A program made the translations under genes and the position numbers. Positions 1 to 14,130 of a DNA stretch of 64,000 bases are shown piece by piece (positions within the stretch are counted from its first letter, which is position 1; each line of letters begins with the position of its first letter). Under the pieces are notes generated by a model. It did not search any database and was not told where the DNA came from. It saw only the letters and a list, made by a program, of their open reading frames with translations. The DNA is taken from contig OX597820.1 in assembly GCA_951406725.2 (NCBI GenBank), forward strand, positions 49,662,001 to 49,726,000. The letters are read 5' to 3'. This DNA is from Octopus vulgaris (lineage: Eukaryota).

Positions 1-122
1 TTTACTTCATGGGTGACACCACCGAGCAAAGGGCTCGCTGAGCTCAGGTGGCACCTGGCACAAAGTGAAAAAATACAACCAAAGCAACTTAAACCGCCCA
101 GAGGACGGGTGCGTTTGCTAGT
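1..122 (+). mobile_element. Possible Helitron 3' terminus
   Basis: Short GC hairpin CCGCCC-AGA-GGACGG (94-108) about 9 nt upstream of CTAG-T (118-122), followed by simple repeat. Confidence 0.4.
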
Positions 123-192
123 GTATATATATATAAGAAAAAAAAATATATATATATATATACATATATATGTGTGTGTGTGTGTGTGTATG

Positions 193-243
<51 letters not shown>

Positions 244-642
244 ATGTATGTATATGTATATATATATATATATATCATATGTGTATGTGTGTATGTGAGA
301 TACATATGTAGATAGATAGATAGACAGATATATGTGTGTATATTTTTGTGCTAGAATAGTTTTAAGTTATATAGACAAGTCACTATAAATATACTTAGCT
401 AAATAATTTTATTCAACTACAAAATCAATTGTCGATCGCACAACACTGTTAGTTTCACCTCAATGATTAATCTTCATTATCTGAATTACTGAGATAAAAG
501 CAAAAGAAGGGAAAATTCAATTTCCAATAATCCTTGGTTCCTTCTCATTGAGTTTGTGTTTTACTTTTGCATGTAAAAGATTAGGTTATATACATATATA
601 TTTACCCGCACACACACACTCAAACAAACACACACACATTAA

Positions 643-853
643 GGTGACAAGCTGGCAGAATCGTTAGCCCGCCGGGAAAAATCCTTAGCGGCATTTCGTC
701 TGTCTCTACATTGTGAGCCCAAGTTCCGTTGAGGTCGACTTCGCCGTCCATTCTTTCGGAGTCGATAAAATAAATAGTATTTGAGCACTAAGGTTGATTT
801 AATTGCCTATCCGTTTCCACCCAAATTTCAGCCCTTGTGCCTATTTTAGAAAG
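643..853 (+). mobile_element. tRNA-derived SINE family A, diverged monomer
   Basis: A-box-like TGGCAGAATCGTTAGC, central GAGGTCGACTTCGCC..CATTCTTTCGGAGTCGATAAA, tail AAATTTCAGCCCTTGTGCC; aligns with copies at 23766, 31105 and 58385. Confidence 0.8.
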
Positions 854-854
854 A

Positions 855-1447
855 TATCTGTTTGTTTTCTACACCACCAGTCTTCGTCTTTTGTTTTTGT
901 GTGTGTATGTGTGTGTGAATTCTCCCCATATATCACACGCTCATGTGATCGCACCAGTTGATCCTGTCTCCTCTCATCACCCACAAACCTCTCCACTGGA
1001 CTTTCTACCCTTTGCGGATTCTCGTTTGGACTTTCTACACTCCGGCTGCATCTCTCCTGCCTATGGATTACTCTGGACTCTTCTGTTGATAAAAAATCGC
1101 TCCAATACACCACGACGTTCAAAGCTTTTTAACTTTTTGAACTTTACGTAAAACTATTATTATTGTTTTTTTATACTTTCTAAACTTTCCTGTACTTTCT
1201 GTTCTTTCCTTTTGTCGTTTCTCTTGTGTGACCCTTCTGCCCGGCATTCGCCATGATAGATCACTAGCCACTACACACATTTTTTTTTCTCTCCTTGTTT
1301 CTTTCTGTGTTCCTTTCTGTGGAAGAGCGCAGGCTCGAAACGTTAAAGCCTTTTTCAATTCCCGAGCGTTATACGAATACATCTGTTTGTTTTCTACACC
1401 ACTTGTCTTCGTCTTTTGTTTTTTTTTTCTTGTGAATTCTCCCTGTA
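855..1447 (+). mobile_element. Non-autonomous Penelope-like element family C, partial tandem
   Basis: 3' segment ATCTGTTTGTTT..CTACACCAC..GTCTTCGTCTTTTGTTT..GTGAATTCTCCC occurs twice (855-928, 1381-1444). Hammerhead-like motif at 1313-1348. Ends in TA/TG repeat. Confidence 0.65.
1313..1348 (+). ncRNA. Minimal type I hammerhead-like motif, family C (A6U variant)
   Basis: CTTT-CTGTGGA-A-GAGC(GCAG)GCTC-GAAAC-GTT-AAAG. Confidence 0.5.
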
Positions 1448-1489
1448 TATATGTGTGTGTGTGCGTGTGTGCGTGTATATGTGTGTGTG

Positions 1490-1520
<31 letters not shown>

Positions 1521-1523
1521 GTT

Positions 1524-1581
<58 letters not shown>

Positions 1582-2952
1582 CTTATAAACATACTCGTAC
1601 GCAATTACGTCGGTTCTATCACATTGAAACACCATCTCTGTAAACGATTTTTAATCAGGTGAAAAATATAGTCGGGAAGGGAGTTTGTGATGGGAATTCA
1701 AACATTCTATTGGGAAAATTGATTTTAGGTTATGAAATTCTTTATCATTATCTTCACGGCTTTCATAAGATTATTTTCTTAATTTACATTTTAAATATGT
1801 TAAAAGTAGATTAATATGAAACTCGTGTTTCCAAGCAATATATCGTATTATATTAATTTTTCTCCTATGTGTGTGAAATCTGGATGGCAAACTGGTAAAG
1901 GGTTTTGTGAGGAAACATTGTTGTACACCACCACAAAATATCTGTCAGATGTATTCAAGCATTTAACAGGTAACACATGGCAACGTTTCAAGTTTTCTTG
2001 AGAACTTGAACACTAATTCTGTTTGTATCTCTTTAAGATTATGTCTTTCATATTTGACTGGTTTCAAAACTTACGGAATCGGATCCGGTTTCCTTTCTGG
2101 CTTTTTACATCCGGTCACTTATCGGTGGAATTATGGTGGAAGTAATAGTTTTATTTGTGTTTCCTTATATTTTCAACTTAGCTATCGACAATGATAATAT
2201 TGTCTTTTCTATTTCAAGTTCTATACTATAAAATACCAGGGAAACACTGCGTTGTTTATTTCCTACATTCGGTAGCCTTTTGTGAATGTTAGAAGTCCTT
2301 ACGCTTATTAATATTTAACAGGCAGAATCAAAATGTTTAGCGACATTTATTCCGGACCTTTACGAACCAATTTCAAACCAAACTCTATCGGCGTTACCTT
2401 TCTTTGAGATCGTTATTGACACGAAGAGGGGTAACAATTTGTATTTCAGAAAATATCTTGCCCAGGTTAGCGATTTAGAGAGAGCAGATATTTAGACCGT
2501 TCTATACCATGCACAGATGCTCATGGATCATACTTTCAATGTGTTACTTGTTGACACTGTCTAATTTTCACATGTAGCATCGATCGATAGAATTTTGGCA
2601 CACTTTAACTCTATTTTGGCAACTGCAGTTTAGCAAGCAGGTCGTTGGAATCAACTACAAAATTGATCAATAAAATAGAATGTAATGGCAAATTTGTGTC
2701 TAGTCAAATTGATAAAGTTTGGTCATTTATGAACCGTTCACTTGATAAACAAGCATGAAACTCAGAGTAGCGACAAGATGATTGTGGTATATCTAGTAAT
2801 TGAACGAATGTATTATATATAAATACATATTTAATGTGTGCTCTCTTATTCTTCGGAATACACTTTCCATATGTATGCGGTGTTTGGGTGTATGTGTATG
2901 TGTGTGTGTGTGTGAATGCTTGTGTGCGTTTGTGTGTGTGCTTATGTTTGCG

Positions 2953-3000
<48 letters not shown>

Positions 3001-3003
<3 letters not shown>

Positions 3004-3183
3004 TATATAGAAGGAGTTTACATAGTACTGTTTCATTCAAGAGAAATCTTCAGGAAGATTCCTGAAGATTTCTCTTGATGAAACAGTACTAGTCCGTAAA
3101 CTCCTTCTATATAATAAATTAATTTTACTCTGCTATGTATTGAGTACCTTACTTACTGTGGTTAACCCCGTATCAACCCGGGA

Positions 3184-3189
<6 letters not shown>
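3001..3189 (+). repeat. Foldback palindrome (3001-3116) at the start of a short (TA)n-flanked element (family E)
   Basis: TATTATATAGAAGGAGTTTAC..TCTTCAGGAA-GA-TTCCTGAAGA..GTAAACTCCTTCTATATAATA; arms about 55 bp. Confidence 0.8.
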
Positions 3190-3227
<38 letters not shown>

Positions 3228-3238
3228 GCATGTATGTA

Positions 3239-3282
<44 letters not shown>

Positions 3283-4779
3283 CACACACACAAACACACA
3301 CACACACAACACACACATATATATATAGAATCCATATATGTCTTTTACATTTTATATGTTGCATATATACATACATATGCATGTGTATGTATGAGTGCGT
3401 ATTTCTGAGTATTTGCGTATGTGTGTGTGTGTGTGTGTGTGTGTATGCTTGTGCAAAATATTATATATTACGCACAAACATACTAATTGAATGTGTCCAT
3501 GTAATGGCTTCCATGTATCCTGTCCCTATTTAAATTTCGCACATGGAACCAGATTGTACGACGATAGTTTTGTCTATCACTGTTTCTGCAACAGTTTTAG
3601 TTAAAATCATAATTAAAACATACAATCCATATTTTATCCATATATCGAATAAAATCCAAATTCTATCAACATTTATCATTTAAATTATACACCACCCATA
3701 CCAAACAACAATGATAATAATAATAATCATAATCATGATAATAATATCGTTAATCATACTTACATGTACGTAACATATCTTTCCTTTTCTCATCGCATAC
3801 TCCGATACAATAACCCAAACACCTGAGCACACATACCTACAAATTCACATACGCACTTTTATTCTCTTCCCGCCAGCGAGTCATTAATTTAATATTTAAT
3901 CATAAAACAAACGATGTTTCTTTTCAGGCACAATTCCTTGACACTAAACTTTCTCGTTATCTCTATTACCAGAAACTGTCAGAAATATTTAAAGCGTTAC
4001 TGTAACATAGAATTAAGTGACTCAATTTCTAATTTGCTTTATCTTGTTAAATTCATAATTTAAAATTTTGTTGGTATTAATTATATTAAGAGACGTTCAC
4101 ACATTGAAACTGTCTTGGTTATAATGATGGTTTGGTAGATAAGATTACTGAAATTTTAACATGAAAGGTGTAGTATTCATTTTTGCTAGAACAACTTAAT
4201 ATCAACTGACGACACATATTTCATATGACATGAAGCGAGCAAGCGAAGGAGACTGAGCAGAATAACTCAACATGCAAGAAACCACAGCTAAGTGTCTCTC
4301 AAAATTACACTCTGATGCCATTAAAAGGAAAAACACATTGGTTAAAGTAGACAGAGATAAACAACACCTAAGAGAGTTATATGCAGTGGCGTAGCTAGTG
4401 TGCTGTTTCAGTTAGCGAAGTTGACTACCATCCCACTCCAAGAAATACGGCTTGTACTGCCTTGTATAGAAGACCCAAAAGTGGCTCGCTCGTCAAAGTG
4501 TTGCTCTGGGCAGACTGCACCCAAAGCTACGATACAAGGATACACATGGTGGTAACATTTTGTCATACAACTGGTCTTTTACAGTTCAACTGGGGCTACA
4601 CAGGACAATAATATCGACTAAAACTTCTTTGTTCAAGATATATTTAAAACTGTTAATATGTATATATATACCTATTTACTACCTACCTACATCACTACTT
4701 ACCTTTATAGATTTCCTTTTATAAGTTTTCAACTAATACAGGTGTTGGATAAGTTTTGCTCATATACTTTTTAATTATT

Positions 4780-5261
4780 TTTTTAACTAAACAGTTTGAA
4801 ACTTCGCATACTGGCGTAATTTCTCAAGCTTAAAACAGCTAGCTTTCAGCATTTTTGACAAAATTTCGTATTTTAGAAGTTATTTCGTGTTAAAATTGTC
4901 GTATTTGGGTAATTTTAACCAATCAACGACGTGTATTCAGCTGAAGAAAGCTACTGCTGTATGCGATAAAAAAAAAAGGTGTAATACACTACACAGGCAG
5001 TAAACAAAAATAAAATAGAACAGAGTGGTGACATTTAGTAAGGATGACCCGGAAGTTGTTGCTCTTCGCTTTCTATCGCATATACTAGTAGCATACGACA
5101 AGTTTAACACGAAATATCTTCTAAAATACGAAATTTTGTCAGAAATGTTGAAAGTCAACCGTGTTTAGCGTGAGAAACTACGCCAGTATACGAAGTTTCA
5201 AACTTTTTAGTTAAAAACAAAAACAAAAAAATTAATTCTGTGATCAAAATTGAAAAGATCC
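4780..5261. mobile_element. MITE with ~125-bp subterminal inverted repeats, related to the 36289 element
   Basis: 4783-4904 is the reverse complement of 5093-5215. Right end GAAAAGATCC and internal AACCAATCA..GACGT..ATT are shared with 36289-36702. Confidence 0.7.
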
Positions 5262-5271
5262 CATTTGTTTA

Positions 5272-5320
<49 letters not shown>

Positions 5321-5408
5321 GCTTCTTTCTGTGCTCATTTGCATTATATATATATAAACATTATTATTTCTAAATCTCTCAAAGGGAGACATTCAGCAAC
5401 AGCAATTT

Positions 5409-5936
5409 AAAGTAAAGACTATTTGCCAACATAATGTGACACTCCTGAATGGAACGAATGTTACTGTGGTTTAACCCCAGGAAACGTCGTTTCCAGCTGG
5501 CTATATGACACAATATCTGTATCCTTATATTTTCGAACAGGGGAGCTCAGCACCCCTATACAGCACAAAACAATATTTTGTGAACCGGTTTTGGGGTTAT
5601 TGCCCTTTCTCAAAACACAGTAGCTGTTCGGCTAGTCAGGGTTCTGTTTATTAGATCAGTGATGTGTGACACTTTGAAAATTATATATTTTCGGACGGAA
5701 GTTTAGCAGCGCTGTCTAGCCGAATATCTACTCTGAAAAGGGGGCAATAACCCAGAAGCCGGTCCACGGTTGTTGCTTTGTGCTGGATGGAGGTGCTGAG
5801 CTCCCCTGTTCAAAAATATAAGGGCACAGATATTGTGTCGTATAGCCAGATGGAAACGACGTTTCCTGGGACTAAACAACTGTTACATTTGTCCCATCCA
5901 GGACTGACACATTAAGTTGGCAAATAGTCTTTACTC

Positions 5937-5937
<1 letters not shown>
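5409..5937. mobile_element. MITE / foldback element with long TIRs (~225 bp)
   Basis: AGTAAAGACTATTTGCCAAC..CCAGGAAACGTCGTTTCCA..GAACAGGGGAGCTCAGCACC is mirrored at 5716-5935. Confidence 0.8.
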
Positions 5938-5982
<45 letters not shown>

Positions 5983-6051
5983 TGTTTGTGTGTGTGTCCG
6001 TACATACAATGGTAGTGGATAGCAGTTCTTTGGCGAGACGTATTCAGTCAT

Positions 6052-6330
6052 ACGAGGTTCTATGAAAAGGTTCCCAGACTAGTTATGTTTAATAAAAAAT
6101 AACGTATTTTCCTAAGTTTTAATATAATCTTCTTCGAAAACAGTAACTTTGCACAGCAATACATCGATCCCAACGTTCCTGCCACTTTTGTAATCCGGCC
6201 TGAAAGTCGTTTTGTGTACTCAAGCCGAGGATCTTCTGCGATTCTCTCTCTGGATCTTGACAAGAGTATCAAAATGGCGAGTTTTGAGCCGCATTCTCAT
6301 CTTTGAGAAGGGACCGAAGTCCTCAAGTGA
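6052..6330 (-). mobile_element. Mariner transposase C-terminal remnant with TIR
   Basis: Minus strand reads DFGPFSKMRMRLKTRHF...LQKWQERWDRCIAVQSYCFE (frameshifted); TIR-like TACGAGG..TGAAAAGGTTCC at 6051. Confidence 0.65.
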
Positions 6331-6974
6331 TCAAGTGCATTAGCTGCTCCTGAATTAACGTGTGATCGAGCAGCGCATGCGTAGTTCCTAGTAATTGAAT
6401 GAAATATGTGGGCATGTGCGAGTGTGTTGATTTGAGTAAGAGTTTCTGATTTGTTTTATAAGCTATTTAGAGAAGAAGCACCACTGTAATTATTTTATCA
6501 GCACCAACATTCACCAGGGAGATCAACTCCTAATGATGCTCAGCCTAACACCCGACAAGTCAATATCTGCCAGTGATAACCGGGACTCTGGTCGATACGT
6601 TTGAAACTGTGTAAACAACTCTGATATTGCTGCTGCACTATAAACAAGATATCAACATACTCCCTTATACAACTTCACTTTATAACGCCATCTTCTCTCT
6701 ACCTATCATTTTACACTGTCTCACCTCCAAAATTCTTTTATTAAATACTTCGACTAAAACTTTCTAATGACAACAGCCGTTCTTTGGAGTTACTTCATCT
6801 TCCAAGTCTTGTCTTCTTACACGAATTTATAGAAGTTGAACCTGAACATGATTTGCATAGCACTTATGAGACTGGAAAGATATACATATTATGAGCTCTG
6901 CTTCTCTTATCTTATCAATTAATATAAATATAAAACTATAAATTATTCTGGACGCTTTCTTTTAAATGGTTTCC

Positions 6975-7170
6975 TTTTTTAATATATTGGTCTGCGACTA
7001 TGTTTGAGCGCAGCCGTGTAGGTTTTCAGTTGAACAAAATTTTCTTTTTTTGCTTTGAATTTTAGAACTTATTCTAGCGGATCTGTTTTACCAAACAACT
7101 AATGGTGCGGAGACGTAAACAAACAAACACCCAGTTGTTAAGTAAAAGTGGGGTGACAACACAAAGACAC
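6975..7170 (-). mobile_element. CORE-like SINE, diverged 3' half
   Basis: Reverse-complement similarity to the 3' half of 14631-15070. Confidence 0.5.
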
Positions 7171-7171
7171 G

Positions 7172-7235
<64 letters not shown>

Positions 7236-7247
7236 TGCACATGAAAG

Positions 7248-7282
<35 letters not shown>

Positions 7283-7784
7283 TTGTGTGTGTATGAGTTA
7301 GAGGTTAAAAAAAACATCTCAAGGATATCAAATATCCAATATACTACTGGTTGTGTATCAATGTATTTTTAACCAAGTGCTTACTATAGCATGGCAATAT
7401 TGCAATTAAATATTATGCATGGGTGGGGGTAAATTGGAAATTTACCTAGGATTTATAAGGGAAATAAGAAAAGGGAGGGGATATAAAATCGACAAACATC
7501 AGCCAGTAAACATTACATTATATCTATTTATTAGATGGTAACAAGCATGTGTCAAGTGGTACAAGTAACCGAATGAGATCAGCCAATAAATATGTAAATA
7601 TATATATATATATACAGTTTCAACCATGAGGCCTTAAAATCTTCCAAGTCATCCTCATCACGTCAGTGTTATACAGAGATACGTATTTATTGAGTGAACT
7701 CATTCGGTTACTTGTACCACTTAACACATGTTGAATGTATATGTGTGTATACACACACACACGCACACACTCACACACACGATT

Positions 7785-7945
7785 GCCTTCCATCCAGTTT
7801 CCTTCTACAAAATTCATTCACAAGGTGTTGAGTCGATTTGGGTCTACAGTAGAAGACATTTACTCAAGATGCCGCGAAATGGGACTGAGCCCAAAGCCAC
7901 GTAGCTGGAAAGCGAATTTGTTAACCACACAGCTATGCTCACTCG
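7785..7945 (-). mobile_element. CORE-like SINE, 5' half
   Basis: CAGTTTCC..CTACAAAATTCATTCACAAGG..GTAGAAGACATTTACTCAAGATGCCGCG..GGGACTGAGCCC matches the head of the 14631 copy. Confidence 0.7.
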
Positions 7946-8794
7946 TATGCAAATTTTGTCCGTTAGGGAATTTTAACCATCGGCAAGATATGAAAAAAAA
8001 GCAGAACAGCCTCAGACAGTTCACCGATTTATTAACGTTGTTCAACAAAACAAATATAGAAGTAAACTCCAGAATCTATAACAGATTCGACATTATACTA
8101 ATTTATGTAGTGAGTCACCATTGAAGCCGGGACTCCGGCTCGGTCTCAGCCGCAAAAGTGAAAATGAATTAAAGAAATACATACTAAAATTCTATATATA
8201 AATCATTATATATATAGACAATACGCACCAAGAAATTAACAAAGGAAAGGAGTGACAGGGGTGGTATGAGAAGGGAGGTTGGAAATAAGAGATGACGGAC
8301 GAAGAGAGGCTGTTGGCAATTTCCTGATTCACGCCACATTATAACCTTAATTCGTCATATCTTTTATGTCTTTGAGACACTTAATGTAGTAGCCAGTGCT
8401 GTTTCAGCATGTATTTCAATAACTACGAAACATACTTCAATTTCTTTCAAAATCAATATCGTTTTAAAAGAAATAGCTTAATTCAATTACAAGAGTTGAT
8501 CAGCATTTTAAGAAAAAGGGTTACAAACTTATTAAGATTTTCACTGTATATCGGATTTCCATCTTATTGAACAATGTTTAGTTTAATTTTGGACGTGAAA
8601 GTGAGCTGTGAAAGTCGATGTCGAATTTAAAGCCAGTTAACAAGCAATATCTATAGAACTGTGCATATGATTTGAAATGGTGTTTGAAAGTTTTTGAATT
8701 ATAAATATCTTGCCGCTACAAATAACAACTAACAGGATTCCTCAGACATGTTTAAACACCAAGTCCTATGATCGGCATCCATTATTCACGATCA

Positions 8795-9074
8795 CCACTA
8801 CCTCTTCCTCCTCCTCCACCTCCTCCTCTCACTCCTTCTATTACAACTACTAGTACGAACTCCACAATCACCACCACTACTACTGAAGACACTGCGTCCA
8901 CACATACCAGCACCGCTGCCGCTACCGCTGCCACCGCTACCACCGCTGCCACCACCACTGCCACCGCCGCCATCACCGTCATCGTCACCACTGCCACCGA
9001 CTCCATCACCATTGACGTCACCGCCATCACCACCACCACATGTATTCGTACAAGCACCGACACCAATACCTGGT

Positions 9075-9118
<44 letters not shown>

Positions 9119-9137
9119 GTTACTACTACTACTACTG

Positions 9138-9208
<71 letters not shown>

Positions 9209-9250
9209 ACTACCACTACTACTACTAATACTAATACTAATATACTACTA
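8795..9250. repeat. Compound trinucleotide tract (CCT/ACC/GCC/ACT/GCT)n
   Basis: Direct inspection; source of poly-T/V/L/Y ORFs. Confidence 0.9.
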
Positions 9251-9913
9251 CTTTGCATCTCTTACTATGTAATCGTTGATTTTCAAGACTTCACCTGGTA
9301 TCAGTACATGACGGTGGCGTGATGGTTGTTAAGTTCAGATACACGAAATAAACCAGGTATTAAAGTAAGGTCATTGAGTCGGTCGTTAATTGGGATGTGA
9401 CCATGTGGCCGAGGTCATCTTTGCCTTTTATTCGTTTGATTTCAACGAAATAACCTCCTAATCAAATATCGGTATCAGCTTGTTCGACCATACTCTCATT
9501 CTTTCCCCAAAATGTTTGGCCTTGTACCTATGTAATACATTATTATTTCAGTGAGCATCTTGCAGCGAAATATATTTCATCGAAGTTTTAGTTGTTAATG
9601 GTGATGTTGTTCGTGGTAGGATTGGTGTTTATCTTATGTTTATCTATAATTAAGCAGACCTGTGATGAAAGCCGATATACAAGCGGTCAGCTAAACGTTT
9701 ATTGTTTTGAGGATACATACATATATATGTGTGTGTGTGGGGAGATAGAGAGAGAGAGAGAGAGAGAGAAAACGGGAACGTGAAACTCTGGTGTAAGAGT
9801 GTGTGAAGATTTTGCACCCTTAGTGCTTTAATAAAAGGCATATTACACTACCTACGGCATTCGAGTACTATTTATTTCCACCTTGTTTTGTATTTATGTG
9901 CTTACACGCGTGC

Positions 9914-10053
<140 letters not shown>

Positions 10054-10210
10054 AGGTTTTGGCCAGTGATCGCCCAGGTTATGTCTAACTTAATAGCACC
10101 ACCTATATACATATATATAATACATATATATAAATGCTCTAAAATCTATCTATAAATGCTCTAAAATTTATACACCCTTGGTTTTTTTAATCTAATTACG
10201 CAAAAAATTC

Positions 10211-10263
<53 letters not shown>

Positions 10264-10603
10264 GGATATTGGTATCTAGAAGACCCTAAAACACAACCCC
10301 TCAACAATACTAAACAAATGTAATGAGGCCCTAAGTACATGCAACCACCGCTTATTTCATACCTTCAAATTTTATCACAAATCTAAATGCAACCTAAATA
10401 AGCACACACTATATATCCACAAAACCCCGTAAGTAATCCCCAACAACCCTACTTATACCCATTTTAGTTTTTAATCTTTAATTAACTCCCCTATCTTACT
10501 TTAAGGATCACAATAATTTAATACTACATATATAGACATACAAGGGGATACATATGTGTGTAAATGTGTATACAGGTATTTTATGTATGTATTTGCATGT
10601 GGG

Positions 10604-10650
<47 letters not shown>

Positions 10651-10695
10651 GTATATATGTGCGTTTATGTTAATATGTGTGTGTGCGTGCATATA

Positions 10696-10733
<38 letters not shown>

Positions 10734-11044
10734 AATATATATGAATGAGTGTGTATATGTCTATATATATATACGTAAGTACATGTATGCGCATGTGATT
10801 GTAAATGCGTGTACACCTGCGCGCACGTATGTGCGTGTGCATGTACATATACATGTATGCACGCGTATATGTATGTATGAATACATTTACAGATGAGCGT
10901 GAGCATGCATGTGTGTAAATAATCATGTGTATGTATAGTCGAATGTATATGTTTGTATATATGTGTGTGAGTGTATATGTATGAATACATATTTGCACAC
11001 ATTATCTCTCTATATATATGTATGTGAATGCATGCGTACGTATG

Positions 11045-11930
11045 TCATTATACCTTCTTTCCTCCTCCCTGATTCCCACCTATCACGAACCTATCACTTA
11101 CATTTATTCATAGTAATTTGACATCCTTGTATTCTTCCCTTCACTTCAAATTTTACTACCAAATCTACTACTCACTTCGGTATCACTCCACCCATACCGT
11201 TTCTCAAACTTATCTCTACCTATCGCTTAATGCAGATCTGTCATATCACCCTACTCGCATATCTCCCATTGTTTTACTCCTTACCTTCTCATCTCATCCT
11301 ATCCTTCCCACACACCTCTCCCATTCTCCCATCACATTATCTTGATCACCAACTAACACTCGTTTTCTCACTTCTTTCACCCTTTCTTCATTTCATTTCA
11401 CTCTTTTCACTTTCTGTTCTTTTTTTACTCTCCCTTGTTTCATTTTTCTCTTTCTTCCTCTCATTTTCTCTTATTTTAAATTTTACCTATCTCCTCTTTC
11501 TAATCATACACATCTCTCCTCCCCCATATATCCACAAATACTATCAATACATTCTCAAATTTTCGTTCACACCACCAAACTGATTCCACGGCTCCCTACT
11601 TTGAAATGACTAAACATGAACTGTTATTGGAACTTACATACCGTGTACAGGAAACTTTTATACCACTTCTATACACCATTTCCCTCGAAGAATGGAACAG
11701 CAACAACAATATCGTTATATATCTTATTTTTACTTTCATTTTTATATTTCCCTCTATATTCCCAATCTCCTACTTTTTCTAATAATTCAAACACAAATAT
11801 TTTCTCACACCGTCTCTGATGAAGGGATATCCATAATATCCAAGAAACAACTGTAAGACTATTTCATTATAAATGTCCTGAAAACTCCTTGCAGTCTTGG
11901 CTTTGTTATCTCATTGTGCCTAATAAAGAT
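11045..11930 (+). mobile_element. Non-coding Penelope-like element family D ending in (TA)n
   Basis: C/T-rich body, hammerhead at 11812-11859, AATAAA near 11922, then (TA)n. Confidence 0.45.
11812..11859 (+). ncRNA. Minimal type I hammerhead ribozyme, family D
   Basis: GTCT-CTGATGA-AG-GGATAT(CCATA)ATATCC-AA-GAAAC-AACT-GTA-AGAC. Confidence 0.65.
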
Positions 11931-13620
11931 ATATATATATATATGATATTTGCTGCTTAGATAATAGTAAAGGAAACACACCAGACACACACACTGAGTT
12001 ATATATACTGAGAAACTGAAATGTATACATGCGTATATATGTATGCATGTGTGTGTATGTTTGTGTGTATATATGTGTGTGCAAGAGTGTAATCATGCAT
12101 GCTGACTTACAAGGAAATGCATATATATGTATGCATCATGGTGTTCTAACCGTTGGGCTATCAAGCCTATGTATACGTACATGCATAAATGTGTTTTGCT
12201 ATACAACTAAGTATAGATATTCACACATGCAGACATATACACACACACACACGCACACATACACACACACTGAGACACATATCGATAAATACATATACAT
12301 ACATAGGTACATAAATACATATATGCATATATATATACATATATATATACACACCTATGCGTTTATGTTTATATGTTAATGTATTTATACAATTATATTC
12401 CTAAAATTATACGACTACTTCTATATGCGTGTGTATGCATGTGTGTGTATAATTTAAGAATATGTTCCTATGCCAAAATACATATACATATATATGTATA
12501 CATATATACGTATATATATATATTTATATATATATACATATATATATATGTATATATATATATATTTATATATATATATAATATATATATATATATACAT
12601 ATATATAAAGGTGTATATATATATATATATACATGTATATATATACATGTATATAATATACATAATGTATATATTACATATATAATACACATACATATAA
12701 TATACATACATATATACATACATATCCACATATATTCATAAATATATGCATATATACATAAACGCCCACAGTTATGTATAGGTCACACATACATACATCC
12801 ACCCACACACATGTACACGCACACGCACATAAATATGTAATTCTGGTTTAAACATGTGTGAAAAGACCCATCTAAAGCTTATTATATCTCCGAGCCTCGT
12901 TCTCAATTCTCGCTTCATTTGACTTCCATTTTGCTTTATATGAAATCATTTATGTTTCTGTATGTATTTGGAAATATCTACTCGCCTCTGTATTCTCACC
13001 AATTATTCTACCACATTCTTACACACCACACACTTACGTTCTAACTCCTTCAGCCTTACAGTAGCAATCATTTTCTTTCCCTTCAGCTCTTTCACTCATT
13101 CTCTTTTTTCATTTACTCATTCGTCTATGAGTAAAAGCGATCATGTGGTTGGCCATTCACATGAATATATCAATAGAATTACGCCTAATTACTCGGAATA
13201 GATAGATATATGTGTGTCGATTTATGTACATATGCTTACATACATCGATGTGTCATGTTTGTATGTGTGAATATCTATATGTATATTTGTCTGTATTTGC
13301 TTTTGTGTGTGTATCTGTGTATAGGTATATTTGTTCGTACGTAGATATATCTGTGCGTTTGTGTACCTGTTTCTGTGTGTTCGCGCGCGTTATATAGAAC
13401 AGAACATTTTCTGTAATGATGAGATGAACGTTTGGCTTCCATTAAACGAATAAACTTTACAGTATGTATTTAGAACACATCTCTCATTTATACAGCCAAA
13501 GGCACACGCACTTATCTACTGGAACACACACAAGTTCACAAACACTCAAACATGCACACACACACACACACACGGACACATAAATACACAAACCGTCTTC
13601 TTCATCATAGTCATCATTTT

Positions 13621-13622
<2 letters not shown>

Positions 13623-13669
<47 letters not shown>

Positions 13670-13722
13670 GTAATAATAATGATAATAATAATAATGATAA
13701 TAATAATGATAATGATGATAAA

Positions 13723-13773
<51 letters not shown>
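13623..13773. repeat. (AAT)n followed by (ATT)n, inverted microsatellite pair
   Basis: Direct inspection. Confidence 0.9.
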
Positions 13774-13775
<2 letters not shown>

Positions 13776-13970
13776 CGTTACATCTTCAGATATATTTTTG
13801 ATTGATAAATTACCGAATGCTTAATGTTAAACAGTAGAGATTACTCATGTAAAACATACGTAAAATATCCCATGGACCATAAAAGCAAACATCAGTATAA
13901 TCCAAACACTGCGCTATGTTTCTAGAGCTAACCCAATCTCATTAAAGGAAAAAGTGCTTTATATATGTGA

Positions 13971-14130
13971 ACGTAGGCGTGAATGGGTGCTAAGAAGTTT
14001 GCTTCGTAAGCACATGATTACATGTTCAGTCCCACTGTGTGGTACTTGGGCAAATGTGTACTGCTATAGCCTCGGGCCGACCAATGCTTTGTAAGGGGAT
14101 CTGACAGAGGAAAACTGAAAGAGATCCGTG
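13971..14130 (+). mobile_element. CORE-like SINE, 5' half
   Basis: GTTCAGTCCCACTGTGTGGTACTTGGGCAAATGTG..TATAGCCTCGGGCCGACCAA. Confidence 0.75.
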
